Shown: positions 23,868 through 35,066 of the stretch, in pieces
How the letters are laid out: every line of letters starts with the position of its first letter
How positions within the stretch are numbered: the stretch's first letter is position 1
From: Chiloscyllium plagiosum
Lineage: Eukaryota
NCBI RefSeq assembly: GCF_004010195.1
Contig: NC_057752.1
Coordinates: 1,149,525 to 1,189,974 of the forward strand
Direction: 5' to 3'
Length of the DNA: 40,450 nucleotides
Program-made: the position numbers and the translations under genes
Notes under the pieces: model-generated
What the model was told of the DNA's origin: nothing
Databases searched by the model: none
The model's input: only the letters and a program-made list of their open reading frames with translations

Positions 23868-24480
23868 TTCATCCGGGACAACACCAAACGGAATGGAAAT
23901 GTCCCCGTTCTCTATTTTCCCCTTGTTTTGGGGAGGGGTGGGGAAGACCCAAAGATTGACCTCCCACAGCGTCCGTCTGCTCCGCTTCCCCAAAACAGCA
24001 AACTACACACAAACTTTCAAGGGAACCAAACTTGTCCAAAATTATATTTGCTTCCTTCCTTCACCCCACGTTTCTGTCTGGTTTAACTCTTCCCCGCTCT
24101 GTCCTCGAAGGAAATAAGTTTCCTGGAACTGGAAAGTTGTCCAACAGGAATCATTTCAGCTGCTGTCTTGCATGTTCCTCGGAAATAAGAACTCGCTGGT
24201 TTCCCCATTCATTGTTCAACGCCAGTCTCTCCGCTCTAAGCAACAGGGAGTGCGCCCGAGTACGCGCCCATTCACTAATTCGGGAGGGAGCCCTACTCGC
24301 ATTGGTGCTGCTATCTGTCCATCACTCTTGGTGACAAAGCTTGGGGAGGGATCGCAATGCAGATGTGGGGGATTGCGGTTCTGCTGATTGTGCAGAGAAC
24401 ATTCATTCTTGCCGTTTCAATATCGCCGTAAAACAAATGTGTTTTCTTTCATCCTTTTGCATTCATCAGGACAGAATCGC
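23868..24480 (-). promoter_or_regulatory. CpG-rich 5'UTR and promoter of the FMNL gene
   Basis: Repeat-free and CpG-enriched relative to flanks, directly upstream of the ATG. CCAAT on the minus strand at 24301-24305 (attgg on +). The TSS cannot be determined from sequence. Confidence 0.7.
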
Positions 24481-24534
24481 AAAAACACCAAATCTCAAAG
24501 GAGCATTAATTTTAGACTGGAATCAAAGCGAAAT

Positions 24535-25000
24535 CTGAAACCAACACAGGGAATGCTGGAGAAACTCAGCAGGTCTGGCAGCACCTGTGAAGAGAGAAAC
24601 AGTTATGACTCTTAGAAGAACTGCAAGAATGCCAGACCTCCTCTTAGAAAAGCCGTACCAGACTGGAAAGTTAATTCTAAGGAAGCCATGATGTGGAGGA
24701 GCTGGTGTTGGACTGGGGTGTACAAAGTTAAAAATCATACAACACCAGGTTATAGTCCAACAGGTTTATTTGGAAGCACTAACTTTCGGAGTACTGCTGA
24801 GGAAGGATTATTCGACCCGAAACGTTAACACTGCTTTCTCTCCACAGATGCTGCCAGACCTGCTGAGCTTTTCCAGCAATTTATGTTTTTGTTTCTGATT
24901 TACAGCATCCACAGTTCTTTGCGTTTTTATTTGGAAAGTTAAATCCCTTTCTGCACAGATGCTGCCAGATCTGCTGAGTTTCTCCAGCATTTTCTGTTTT
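24535..25000. mobile_element. Nested cluster of short Penelope-like termini (family C arms plus a family B copy at about 24688-24795)
   Basis: gctggagaaactcagcaggtctggcagca arm, with two reverse arms (about 24830-24880 and 24950-24995). Core ctgaggaagg...cccGAAACGTTaac at about 24797-24829. Confidence 0.65.
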
Positions 25001-25376
25001 TGTTTAACAATTTATAATGTATCTTTGCCAGTTTAAATTCTGGTGCAATGTAACATGATGTTTCCTTTGAGATTTTGGCCTTCTGTCCTGACCAGTGCAA
25101 AATTAAAAACTTTGATAACACGTCTCTTTATTTCAGCAGTACTCAAGTTCTGTACTACCCAACAGATATCGGCATTTGTAGAATTGTAGAGGCTCCCTGT
25201 GCTTTAAAAAATTATTCACGAAATATGGAGGTTGCTGGCTCGGCTAACATTTATTGCCCTGTCCCTAGTTGCCCCTTGAGAAGGTGGTAGTGAGCTGCAT
25301 TCTTGAACTGCTGCAATCCATTACTGTCGTAAATTCCCTCCAAAGTTGACTTTCCCCTCCTTTCTGTAGCCTAAAA

Positions 25377-25666
25377 AGGAGCTCAGTGGTTAGCACTGCT
25401 ACCCCTCAGCCCAAGGTCCCAGGTTCAATTCTAGCCTTGGGTTGTCTGGAGTTTGCACATTTTTCCAGTGTCTGTGCAGGTTTCCTCCCACAGTCCAAAG
25501 ATGTGCAGATTAGGTGAATTGGCTATGCTAAATTGCCTATCGTGTTCAGGGATTTGTAGGTTAGATGCATCAGTCGGGGTAAACGTAGGGGAATGGGTCT
25601 GGGTGGTTTACTCTTTGGAGGGTCGATGTGGACTTGTTGGGCTTAATGGCCTGTTTCCCCAGTGTA
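25377..25666 (+). mobile_element. HE1-type SINE
   Basis: gctcagtggttagcactgct, ggttcaattc, gagtttgcacatt, cacagtccaaagatgtgcag, ggacttgttgggc...ggcctgtttcc. Confidence 0.85.
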
Positions 25667-26567
25667 GCAGGCTTCCCAGATGTGGGTTAAAATCCCACCA
25701 TGGCATCTGGTGGGGTTTAAGTTCAATTAATAACATTTGTAATGTAAATGTAGCCTCGGTGAAAGTGACCATGAAAACCCATCTGGTTCACTAATGTCTT
25801 TTAGGGAAGGAAATCTACCGTCTTCACCTGACCTGGCCTACGTGTGACTCCACACCCAGAGCAACGTGGTTGGCTCTCAACTGGCCCTGTCAGAAGGCTA
25901 CGCTTCGGAGGCAACAAATGCTAGTAGCTAGTAGTCATATCCCCTAAAGATCAAACTGGTCTCTTTGCTCCTTTCATCCGAGTGCTGTGGTTTGTCCAAG
26001 TCATTTTTTTAAAATCCCATGCGAGCGAGAAGAAACTTCTTTTCTTACACCCTGTCACTCTCTCCCAACACCACATTGTCCCACCACCCTGTCCTTGGCG
26101 CCCAGTGCCTTCGAAACCTCCCCGTCTCCTCGAAGGCGCTTTGCAAATGAAAACATTGCAGTCCATTGGTCGTGTTTCCAAAACGTTGTGTCCGCCTCCT
26201 TGGAAGGGATTTCCTGTGGTATTGAGGCGGTCAGCAGTGTGTGTATGACAGGGGGAAATCCTGCTGAAACCAGTCAGTTTCTCAGAAAGGGGGAGCCGGG
26301 TGATTGAATTTCACAGTGCAATTGCAAGAAATCGCTCTGTAACTGGGCAATAGGCCGAGAGTCACATGAGTAAAGTATATTTTTGAAATATTAAAAACTT
26401 ACAACATAATTCATATCACTTCCTCCACCTTATAGCATTTTAAATAGCTCATTCGTATTGTTTAATCGCCATGTGGATTCCGTTTCATTGCACTAATACG
26501 GTAGAGAATCTAAAATTCACTCCAATATCAAATTTTTCAAACCTGCTTTGTTCCCCCTATCTTTCTC

Positions 26568-26581
26568 GCGCCCTCTGTTGG
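26568..26581 (-). promoter_or_regulatory. CTCF-like motif CCAACAGAGGGCGC
   Basis: One mismatch to CCASYAGRKGGCRS, inside a CpG-rich non-repeat stretch (about 25970-26700). Confidence 0.5.
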
Positions 26582-27267
26582 TCGCAGTTAGCAGTGCTGC
26601 ATTCAAACCCACTTATGCGTTGAAGGGCAAAGCTTCGGGGAATTTCACGAGGAGTGAGCGGATTGTTCTTTCAAAAGGTTAAAAAAAAGTTCTGTGGTTG
26701 GAATCTCCGGGTTATTTTATAAATATTCTGTTGCTAACCACAATGACAAACATTAAACCCTCTCCATACTCCCCAGAGATGGTTCATGAGTGTTCCGTCA
26801 GTTTGAGACTTATCCTAGGAGCATTTTATCCATCAACCAGGAATCATTTTAACTTAGTGTTTGGAAACAAATTCGAACATAACTTTTAAAAGAATATTGC
26901 ACATATATTTTTGGAAAAATAAATGAAATTGTAGGGCTATGGGGAGAGAGTTCGGTTGGACGGAAATGGGCCTATTATGAACTTCTGGTAAGAACTGGAA
27001 CATCAGTGATGTACATTTATATGGAGCCTTTGACAACCTGCGATGCTTCACTGGAATGTTACAAAACAAAATAGGATAGGGAGCCGCATAAAGAGGTATT
27101 AGGACGGATGACCAAAAGCTTGGTCAAAGAACTAAGTTTTAAGGAGGAGGGAGAGAGAGGTGGAAAGGAAGGAATTTCAGGGCTCATAGCCCAGGCTGTT
27201 GAAAAATGGCCACTGACGGCAGAAGAGGCCAGAATTAAGGAAGTGCAGAGATCTTGGAGGATTACAG

Positions 27268-28070
27268 GAAGGCAGATTATCATCTGTCAAGACTGTGGTG
27301 CTGGAAAAGCCCAGCAGGTCAGGCAGCATCCCGGGAGCAGGAGAATCAACATTTCGGGTATAAGGCCTTCATCAGGAATTATCATCTAAACAGCTATAGA
27401 TTGGGAAAGGGGAAGGTGCAATGAGACCTGGGTGTCTTTGTACACCAGTCACTGCAAGTAAACATGTAGGTACAGCAGGCAGTGAAGAAGGAAAATGGTC
27501 TTCATAACAAGAGGATTTGAGTACAGGAGCAGGGATGTCTTGCTGCATATGTACAGGGCATTGGTAAGACCACCCCTGGAGTATTATGTGCAGTTTTGAT
27601 CTCCTTACCTGAGGAAAGATGTTCTGGCGATGGAGGAAGTCCTGGGATGACAGGTTAAAGAGACACTGGATCAGTTAGGACTATACTTGCTGGAGTTTCG
27701 AAGAATGAGGGTGGGAATCTCATAGAAACCTACAAAATGCAAACAGGACTAGACAGAGTAAATGCAGGAAGGATTTCCCGATGACTGGAGAGTCGAGAAC
27801 CAGTCTAAGGATAGGGATAGGCCATTTAGGACTGAGATGAGGAGAAATGTCTTCACCCAGAGAGTGGTGAGTCTGTAGAATTCTCTCACAGAAATCAATT
27901 GAGGCCAAAATATTGAATGTTTTCAAAGGAGCTAGATATAGTTCTTAGAGCTAAAGAGATCAAAGGGTAGAGGGGAGAAAGCAGGAACAGTTGGATGATC
28001 TGTCATAGTCACATTTACGGTGGAGTGGCTCATAGGGCCGAATGGCCTATTCCTGCTTCTATTTTCTATG
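27268..28070 (+). mobile_element. CR1 LINE 3' fragment containing a single-arm family A insertion (27286-27377)
   Basis: gtaagaccacccctggagtattatgtgcagttttg and 3' end gggccgaatggcctattcctgcttctattttctatg. The insert is flanked by attatcatct at 27276-27285 and 27378-27387. Confidence 0.8.
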
Positions 28071-28324
28071 GCTGGCTGATATGGCAGTCAATTTGTGCAC
28101 AGCAAGATCTCACAAACACAGAATAACATTAATGACCAGGTTAAAGGGCAGAAAGATGGCTAAGACACCCAATCAGCTTCCTCTGCTTCACATCTCAATG
28201 AATATCCTTATGTTGCTGATGGCTTTCCAGTTGGGTTCTATTGTAAGTGTGTGTGGGGTATCAGGTCAGTGTAGAGTATTGTATGTGTCCACACCACTGC
28301 CTACCATGTTGTAGCTGCAGTAAA

Positions 28325-29190
28325 GATTAGAGTGATGCTGGAAAAGTACAGCAAGTCAGGCAGCATTCAAGGAGCAGGTAAATCGACGTTTTGGGCAAAA
28401 GCCCTTCATCAGGAATGAGGCTGAGAGCCTCAGGGGTGGAGAGATAAATGGGAGGGGGTGGGGCTGGGGGAAGGTAGCTGAGAGTGCAATAGGTGGATGG
28501 AGGTGGGGGTGAAGGTGATAGGTTGGAGAGGAGGGTGGAGCTNNNNNNNNNNNNNNNNNNNNNNNNNNNNNNNNNNNNNNNNNNNNNNNNNNNNNNNNNN
28601 NNNNNNNNNNNNNNNNNNNNNNNNNNNNNNNNNNNNNNNNNNNNNNNNNNNNNNNNNNNNNNNNNNNNNNNNNNNNNNNNNNNNNNNNNNNNNNNNNNNN
28701 NNNNNNNNNNNNNNNNNNNNNNNNNNNNNNNNNNNNNNNNNNNNNNNNNNNNNNNNNNNNNNNNNNNNNNNNNNNNNNNNNNNNNNNNNNNNNNNNNNNN
28801 NNNNNNNNNNNNNNNNNNNNNNNNNNNNNNNNNNNNNNNNNNNNNNNNNNNNNNNNNNNNNNNNNNNNNNNNNNNNNNNNNNNNNNNNNNNNNNNNNNNN
28901 NNNNNNNNNNNNNNNNNNNNNNNNNNNNNNNNNNNNNNNNNNNNNNNNNNNNNNNNNNNNNNNNNNNNNNNNNNNNNNNNNNNNNNNNNNNNNNNNNNNN
29001 NNNNNNNNNNNNNNNNNNNNNNNNNNNNNNNNNNNNNNNNNNNNNNNNNNNNNNNNNNNNNNNNNNNNNNNCCCAGGACCTGCATGTCCTCGGCAGAGTG
29101 GGAGGGGGAGTTGAAATGTTCGGCCACGGGGTGGTGAGGTTGATTGGTGCGGGTATCCTGGAGGTGTTTGCTGAAGATGTTCTCTTCTAG
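28325..29190 (-). mobile_element. Penelope-like element 3' part (GIY-YIG C-terminus, 3'UTR, family A pLTR with hammerhead-like core), spanning the gap
   Basis: Minus strand gives DTRTNQPHHPVAEHFNSPSHSAEDMQVLG before the gap, then a pyrimidine-rich 3'UTR and cattcCTGATGAAGGGCTTTTGCCCaAAACGTCga (about 28383-28417). Confidence 0.8.
28543..29071. other. Assembly gap (529 N)
   Basis: Run of N. Confidence 1.
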
Positions 29191-29480
29191 ATGTTATGTT
29201 GATTCTAATCTCCAGCATCAGAGTGCCCACCTCCACATAGGTGCAGTAAAGCTGTATCTGCATCTCACTATGGGGTAGGCTTGCTATCACCATCCTATTT
29301 AAGTGTATTGCATTACAGGACCTGCTTGGTCCAGTGTGGCAAAGATAAGTGTGGCAGTTGCTGCTCTCACGAGAAGTCTCTTGTGTTGAACAAAGATATA
29401 ATTGATTGCATATTAAGCAATTAGCTCCAGGTTACATTCATATAATGGACATTGTTACAGAGGCTGTGAGGAGGATTCAA

Positions 29481-29789
29481 TGTTGGGTCTCACACCTTCG
29501 AGATCCTAAACTGTTCTGCTCACAAGTTCACATGAGGGCAGTGCTTATGGCACCCTTCAATATTAACCCTTTCAGATCATATCAAATTTAGAGTAACAGA
29601 AGCCTAACTAATGAGGATGTCAGAGTCACATGGTTAAGCAGAGTGACTGGAAGAGAGTAGAAGCTGAATTCTGGTGTGAAGAGAATGTGTATCTAGATCA
29701 AGTGTAAAGAAAAAGTAATGGCAGAAATCTCCATGGACTTTTGGAGGCTGAAAAGAATTAGACACCAAAAACATGGTGGCAGAGGTAAG
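29481..29789 (+). mobile_element. Possible LTR with tRNA primer-binding site
   Basis: TG... (29481) to ...aaaCA (29773), immediately followed by TGGTGGCAGAGGT, a PBS-like sequence. No recognisable gag follows. Confidence 0.35.
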
Positions 29790-30544
29790 ACAAAAAAAAT
29801 CAAGGTTAGCAACTGAAGTTGGACCTGATGGTCAAGAAGAAGAGAACATTTTCGGTAGACTCTGGGTGGTCGGCCCTGACTCAGCCAGTCAAATAGCTGA
29901 TGCTGAATGTCTAGGGTCAAACTTAAAGTATGGTCTCTTGCTAAAGGTACCAGAAGGCTACTGGAACCCAGCAAAAATCAATTCCCTCATCAGGTTCTTT
30001 TAACAAGAGTCATTAGATAAGTTATTTCTAATCGACCTGTTCAAGCATACTGTTACACACCTTGGGGGTTGGTGGGGCTTAACTCAGATCCTCTGGCCGA
30101 AAGGTATGCTTGCTACCACTGTGTCACAAGGCCCTGTACGAAAAACATTATTGTGATTCCCAAGTCTTGCATAAGATTGTGGGGGGTTGTGCTGGCAAAT
30201 CCCACTCACCTGCATTTTTCATAACAGCCTACTATTGTGTAGGATACAAACCCTTTCACTTTCCCCAGCTTTTCAGTTTTGAAATTACTGTGAAGCACCT
30301 GGGATGCTTTCTACACAAAGACACTCTATCATTGTGAGACATTGTTGACAGCAGCAGGTTGGTGGTAATGATAAGTAATCAGGGAATCAGGTATCACAAT
30401 CAAGTGTGGGAACAGGCAGTGCAACATAATATCACAGCCTTTGGATACACTGCAACACAACTATATGGGCCAATGCAGCTCGTTCTTTGAAGTCCATGTT
30501 GAAGTGCAAGGTGTTTCTTCAAAGTGGTCCATGAGTGAAGTACT

Positions 30545-30577
30545 TGTGCATGTGTCTGTGTGAGTAAGCTGGTGTGT

Positions 30578-30631
<54 letters not shown>

Positions 30632-30750
30632 CATAGAGTGTGTGCGTGTCTGAGTGTGTGTGTAAGTCTGTGTGTAACAGAGAGAGTGTGTGTGTGTGAG
30701 ACAGAGAGAAGGGAGTGTGTATGAGTGTGACGGAAAGAGACACAGTGTAT
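30545..30750 (+). repeat. (GA)n microsatellite (about 30581-30629) within a TG/GA low-complexity tract; similar tract at about 30952-31015
   Basis: Direct inspection. Confidence 0.95.
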
Positions 30751-30754
30751 ATGG

Positions 30755-30950
30755 AGCAAAAACAAATTGCTGGAAAAACTCAGCAGTTTGAGCAGCATCT
30801 GTGGAGAGAAATCAGAGTTAACATTTCAGGCCCAGTGGAAACATTAACTCTGCTATATCTCCACAGATGTTGCCAGACCTGATAAAGTTTTGCAGTAATT
30901 TCTGCTTTTGTTTCTGATTTCCAGCATCCAGAGTTCTTTGGTTTTTTTGA
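30755..30950. mobile_element. Inverted-arm family C Penelope-like insertion; relatives at about 17195-17540, 33770-33852 and 38820-38945
   Basis: gctggaaaaactcagcag...catctgtggagagaaatcagagttaacattt paired with aaacattaactctg...tctccacagatgttgccagacc. Confidence 0.65.
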
Positions 30951-31017
30951 CTGTGTGTGTGTGAGAGACAGAGAGAGGGGGGAGAGACAGTGTGTATGAG
31001 AGAGAGTGTGTATGTCT

Positions 31018-31983
31018 GTAACTCCTTTTTAATTTGCGAGTGATTCAATTTAACAATAACCAGTGATAAAGCTTTAGTCTTAAATAAGACAAAGGTTAGT
31101 TTATTACAAAACACTGCTGAGAGTTACATAACTAATAACATTACAAACAAAATACTGATAAGGATAAAAGATACTTATGAGAATGAAGTTCAGTTCAGTC
31201 CTTTAAGAAAACATTGCTAGCCTGCAGCTTGCAGTTAGATGTTTTGGAAGTGGGCAGTTAAAGTTAAAAAGTTGAGTTCGGCAGCTATAATGATTTCTGT
31301 AGTCGAATAGTTGGAGTTTGTCTTTGTGGGTGGACCCAGGAGCTGTAGCAGCTTCAAGGAATGATTACCTTTTCTCCTTACTGATTCTGCCAGAATGAAG
31401 TTGAAAACTGCCTGGATTTCTTTTCAGCAGAACAGGGATGATTGCTGAACACCACCTCTGTAACTCTCAGAGAAAACCCAACATGTAGTTTACAGTTATT
31501 TCAACTGAGGGTAGCGTCTGGAGCTGTCTTCACAGATTCCCCTGAGATCTCAGCACATAATTTTAGCCAGACTTTTGTATGGTTCAAAACTCAAAATGGC
31601 TGCTATTCAAATCTGTTGAATCATTTTAGGTATTGAGTTAGCCCAGGTCAGGATGCATTGCCTTTTATCTGAGGTCATTACCTTTTTAAATGTTTCTTTC
31701 ATTAATTTGAATGGCTCCTACTCTTCCAGGTTTGAGATAGAAAAGGGCTATTCATAGCTCTGAGGAAACCATTGCCAACAAATTTCTGCTTTTCTTGTGG
31801 AAATGTCTATTGAATTTCAAATAAAACTTGTGATCCCATTTGGGATGAGTGCTGTCTGGTTTTAAACACAGTTCAATCCACAATAGAAGTCAGCTAAGCC
31901 TTGGGAGCCATGTTTAAAAGCTCTTCTGTGGCCATTTTTGAAAAGAGATGACAGTTGGTTACAAAATTGAGAATATCATGACA
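31018..31983 (-). mobile_element. Possible large solo LTR
   Basis: Begins TGTAAC (31018), with GTTACA at 31958-31963 and TGACA at about 31983. Minus-strand AATAAA near 31100. No clear target-site duplication. Confidence 0.3.
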
Positions 31984-32055
31984 GTACATTTATGACAAAG
32001 TGATGGGTGGCAGATCTGAAATGTTTGCAGCTGTGGAGAGAGAGAAAGAGTTGTC

Positions 32056-32365
32056 AGGTGGTTAGCATTAATGCCTCACAGCACCAGGGACCTGGGTTCG
32101 ATTCCAGCCTCAAGTGACTGTCTGTGTGAAGTTTGTACATTCTCCTGTGTCCGCGTAGCTTTCCTCCGGGCGCTCTGGTTTCCTCCCACAGTCCAAAGAT
32201 GTGCAGGGTAGGTGGATTGGCCATGCTAAATTACCTTGCAGTGTCCAGGGATGTGTAGGGTAGGTAGTTTAGCCATGGGAATTGTAGGGATAGAGTAAGG
32301 GGGTGGATCTAAGTGGGATGCTGTTCAGAGGGTCAGTGTGGACTCAGTGAGCTGATTCTATGATT
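32056..32365 (+). mobile_element. HE1-type SINE
   Basis: gtggttagc, gggttcgattcc, tttcctccgggcgctctggtttcctcccacagtccaaagatgtgcag. Confidence 0.85.
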
Positions 32366-32616
32366 CAGACTTGCTAAGTGTTTCCAGCATTTTCTGTTTT
32401 CATTCTACATTTCCAGCATCTGCAATATTTTGCTTTTGGACCAGGTGATTTGAGGACCCTTATCCCAACAATGCACACTGACTCCAAAATTAACAGGTCA
32501 TGGCCAACCACGTGAATGTGATTTTTAAAAATGATTTTTTAACAGCCAAAGTTTCTGGTGTTATGGCATTTTTGCATATTGTGTAAAATTCATTATTCAT
32601 TAGCTAAAATAAAACA

Positions 32617-32836
32617 CAGGCTGTCCCAGGGTTGTGAACGGGTTCAGTTCTGGAGTCCGTTCACAAGTTGATTTGTACGCAAGTCAGAACACAATGCAGG
32701 GCAATAGAAAGGAGCCATGCATAAGTACAGGAAATGTACTTATGTTGGACCTTTAAAGGTTCCATCCCTGTATGAGATCGTGTTTGTAAGTACAGCATTC
32801 GTAAGTCCAATGTGCATAAATCAGTGACCCCCCCTG
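32617..32836. mobile_element. Tc1/pogo (Tigger/MER6-like) MITE, decayed
   Basis: Degenerate terminal inverted repeats caggctgtcccagggttgtgaac ... gtgcataaatcagtgaccccccctg, with internal gtaagt/gcaagt motifs. Confidence 0.4.
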
Positions 32837-32925
32837 TCGATTTGTTTCTTTACATGCACTTTATGCCACCCCAGTTGGCTAGGCAGCCAACCCCATGCCA
32901 GCTCTCTCCTTCCTCAGTTTTACTG

Positions 32926-33128
32926 TCAAAAAGTGTGATGCTAGAAAAGCACAGCCGATCAGGCAGTATTGAGGAGCAGGAGAATCGCCATTTCTAGCAT
33001 AAGCTCTTCATCAGGAATGTGGTGAAGCTTATTGACTCTCCTGCTCCTTGGATGCTGCCTGACCGCTGTGCTTTTGCAGCACCACACCTTTTGACTCGGA
33101 TCTCCAGCATCTTCAGTCCTCACTTTCT
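32926..33128. mobile_element. Inverted-arm family A Penelope-like insertion
   Basis: Arms gctagaaaagcacagc...caggagaatc and gactctcctgctccttggatgctgcctgaccgctgtgcttttgcagc. Flanks ctcagttttactg (32913-32925) and ctcggttttactg (33129-33141). Confidence 0.7.
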
Positions 33129-33718
33129 CTCGGTTTTACTGCCGCCATGCTAAATGTTCTGAGACTGTTCTTTTGTTATATAGCTCTGTGACGAAGCATA
33201 GTTCAAGAGGGAGAAGGACTGCCATAAACAGCATGGTCACAATCAAGAACTTCCCCCGGAGAGAACCTGTATCCATAGGCCAGTACTCCGCATGGAATTC
33301 CAGACCAGGACTGATTAAAAGGAATTCTGATTGCTGAGATACAATATTTTGATCAAGACCACTGGCTAATCTACTTTTTGTCTCTTTTCCAAGTTCACTG
33401 GACCACCTACTGTGGGTGGAGAAAGTGGCTTGGTGGCCTTGTGGTAATGTCAGCCTTGGCTCTCATTGGTCAGTCAGAAGGCTCTGGGATCAAGGACCTC
33501 CGCTGTCCCAAAGTCCAGCTCAAGACTCCAGCAGCAGTAGCCAGGGCGTGCTGTACTGTTGGAGGTGGTCATCTTTCAGATAAGCCATTAAAGCAGGCGC
33601 CAGCACCTATCATTATTAGTCCTTCGACAATACTTTTCAAAACAAAGAGCTTGCATTGATGTAATCTTCACCTTCAGTTGGAGAAGATTTCCTGCTGAAA
33701 TGTTATGGTGGGGTCTCT

Positions 33719-33732
33719 CCACCAGGTGGCAG
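33719..33732 (+). promoter_or_regulatory. CTCF-like motif CCACCAGGTGGCAG
   Basis: Exact match to CCASYAGRKGGCRS. Confidence 0.5.
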
Positions 33733-33935
33733 CCTACACCATGAGTTAATAGGTGGAAGAAGTTGAGTCATACCAGACTCAAAACATTAACTCAGTTTCT
33801 CTCGACCTATGCTGCCAGACCTGCTGAATTTCTCCAGCATTCTCTGTTTTTAATGTAGTTAGTAACTGGATCATGCTAAACTGGAAGTCTAATGTATTTA
33901 TAATTATGTCCATCTGATTGCACTGACATTTTTTT

Positions 33936-34248
33936 TAGATTAGATTAGATTACTTACAGTGTGGAAACAGGCCCTTTGACCCAACAAGTCCACACCGACC
34001 CTCCGAAGCGCAACCCACCCTTACTCCTACATTTACCCCTTCACCTAACACTACGGGCAATTTAGCATGGCCAATTCACCAAACTTGCACATCTTTGGAC
34101 TGTGGGAGAAAACCAGAGCACCCGGAGGAAACCCACGCAGACACGGGGAGAATGTGCAAACTCCACACAGTCGCCTGAGGCGGGAATTGAACCCGGGTTT
34201 CTGGCGTTGTGAGGCAGCAGTGCGAACCACTGTGCCACCGTGCCACCC
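33936..34248 (-). mobile_element. Full-length, relatively young HE1-type SINE with (TCTAA)n tail
   Basis: Minus strand: gggtggcacggtggcacagtggtt...gggttcaattccc...V-domain...ggcctgtttccacactgtaag. tagat repeats on +, and CpGs retained. Confidence 0.9.
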
Positions 34249-34265
34249 ATAACATCTTTTGTGAG

Positions 34266-34420
34266 AGACAAGAAATCTGCAGATGCTGGAATCTAAGGTA
34301 GACAGGCAGGAGGCTGGGGGAACACAGCAAGCCAGGCAGCATCAGGAGGTGGAGAGATCAACAGTTCAGGTGAAGAAGGATTACACCCGAAATATTGACT
34401 TCTCTGCATCCTGATGCTGC
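34266..34420. mobile_element. Family D Penelope-like terminus (inverted arms) that seeds the adjacent minisatellite
   Basis: Same sequence as the PLE terminus at about 37747-37850. Apex gtgaagaaggattacacccgaaatatt is a decayed hammerhead-like core. Confidence 0.65.
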
Positions 34421-35066
34421 CTGCCTGTCCCTCCTGATGCTGCCTGGCTTGCTGTGTTCCCCCAGCCTCCTGCCTGTCCCTCCTGATGCTGCCTGGCCTG
34501 CTGTTTTCCCCCAGCCTCCTGCCTGTCCCTCCTGATGCTGCCTGGCCTGCTGTGTTCCCCCAGCCTCCTGCCTGTCCCTCCTGATGCTGCCTGACTTGCT
34601 GTGTTCCCCCAGCCTCCTGCCTGTCCCTCCTGATGCTGCCTGCCTTGATGTGTTCCCCCAGCCTCCTGCCTGTCCCTCCTGATGCTGCCTGCCTTGATGT
34701 GTTCCCCCAGCCTCCTGCCTGTCCCTCCTGATGCTGCCTGCCTTGATGTGTTCCCCCAGCCTCCTGCCTGTCCCTCCTGATGCTGCCTGCCTTGATGTGT
34801 TCCCCCAGCCTCCTGCCTGTCCCTCCTGATGCTGCCTGCCTTGCTGTGATCCCCCAGCCTCCTGCCTGTCCCTCCTGATGCTGCCTGCCTTGCTGTGTTC
34901 TTCCAGCCTCCTGCCTGTCCCTTTTGATGCTGCCTGACTTGCTGTGTTCCCCCAGCCTCCTGCCTGTCCCTTTTGATGCTGCCTGCCTTGCTGTGTTCCC
35001 CCAGCCTCCTGCCTGTCCCTTTTGATGCTGCCTGACTTGCTGTGTTCTTCCAGCCTCCTGCCTGTC
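34421..35066 (+). repeat. Minisatellite, 13 full 49-bp units plus a partial unit
   Basis: Unit ctgcctgtccctcctgatgctgcctg(g/c/a)cttgctgtgttcccccagcctc, period exactly 49 (34421, 34470 ... 35009; partial 35058-35066). Confidence 0.95.

Noticed and set aside
23868..23993. Extended N-terminus from the ORF track (TTG-started MGKRSRR...)
   Set aside because: Non-ATG start. FMNL homology and the myristoylation motif begin at ATG 23867.
14240..28070. Apparent duplication of an L2+CR1 block (about 14.3-15.2 kb versus 27.0-28.1 kb) with a seemingly shared CR1 5' end
   Set aside because: The second CR1 extends about 30 bp further 5' once the PLE insert is removed, and the junctions and downstream flanks differ, so these are independent insertions.
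28327..29293. Four long ORFs of 205-287 aa
   Set aside because: Artefacts of translating through the 529-N gap. Only the short PLE endonuclease peptide is real.
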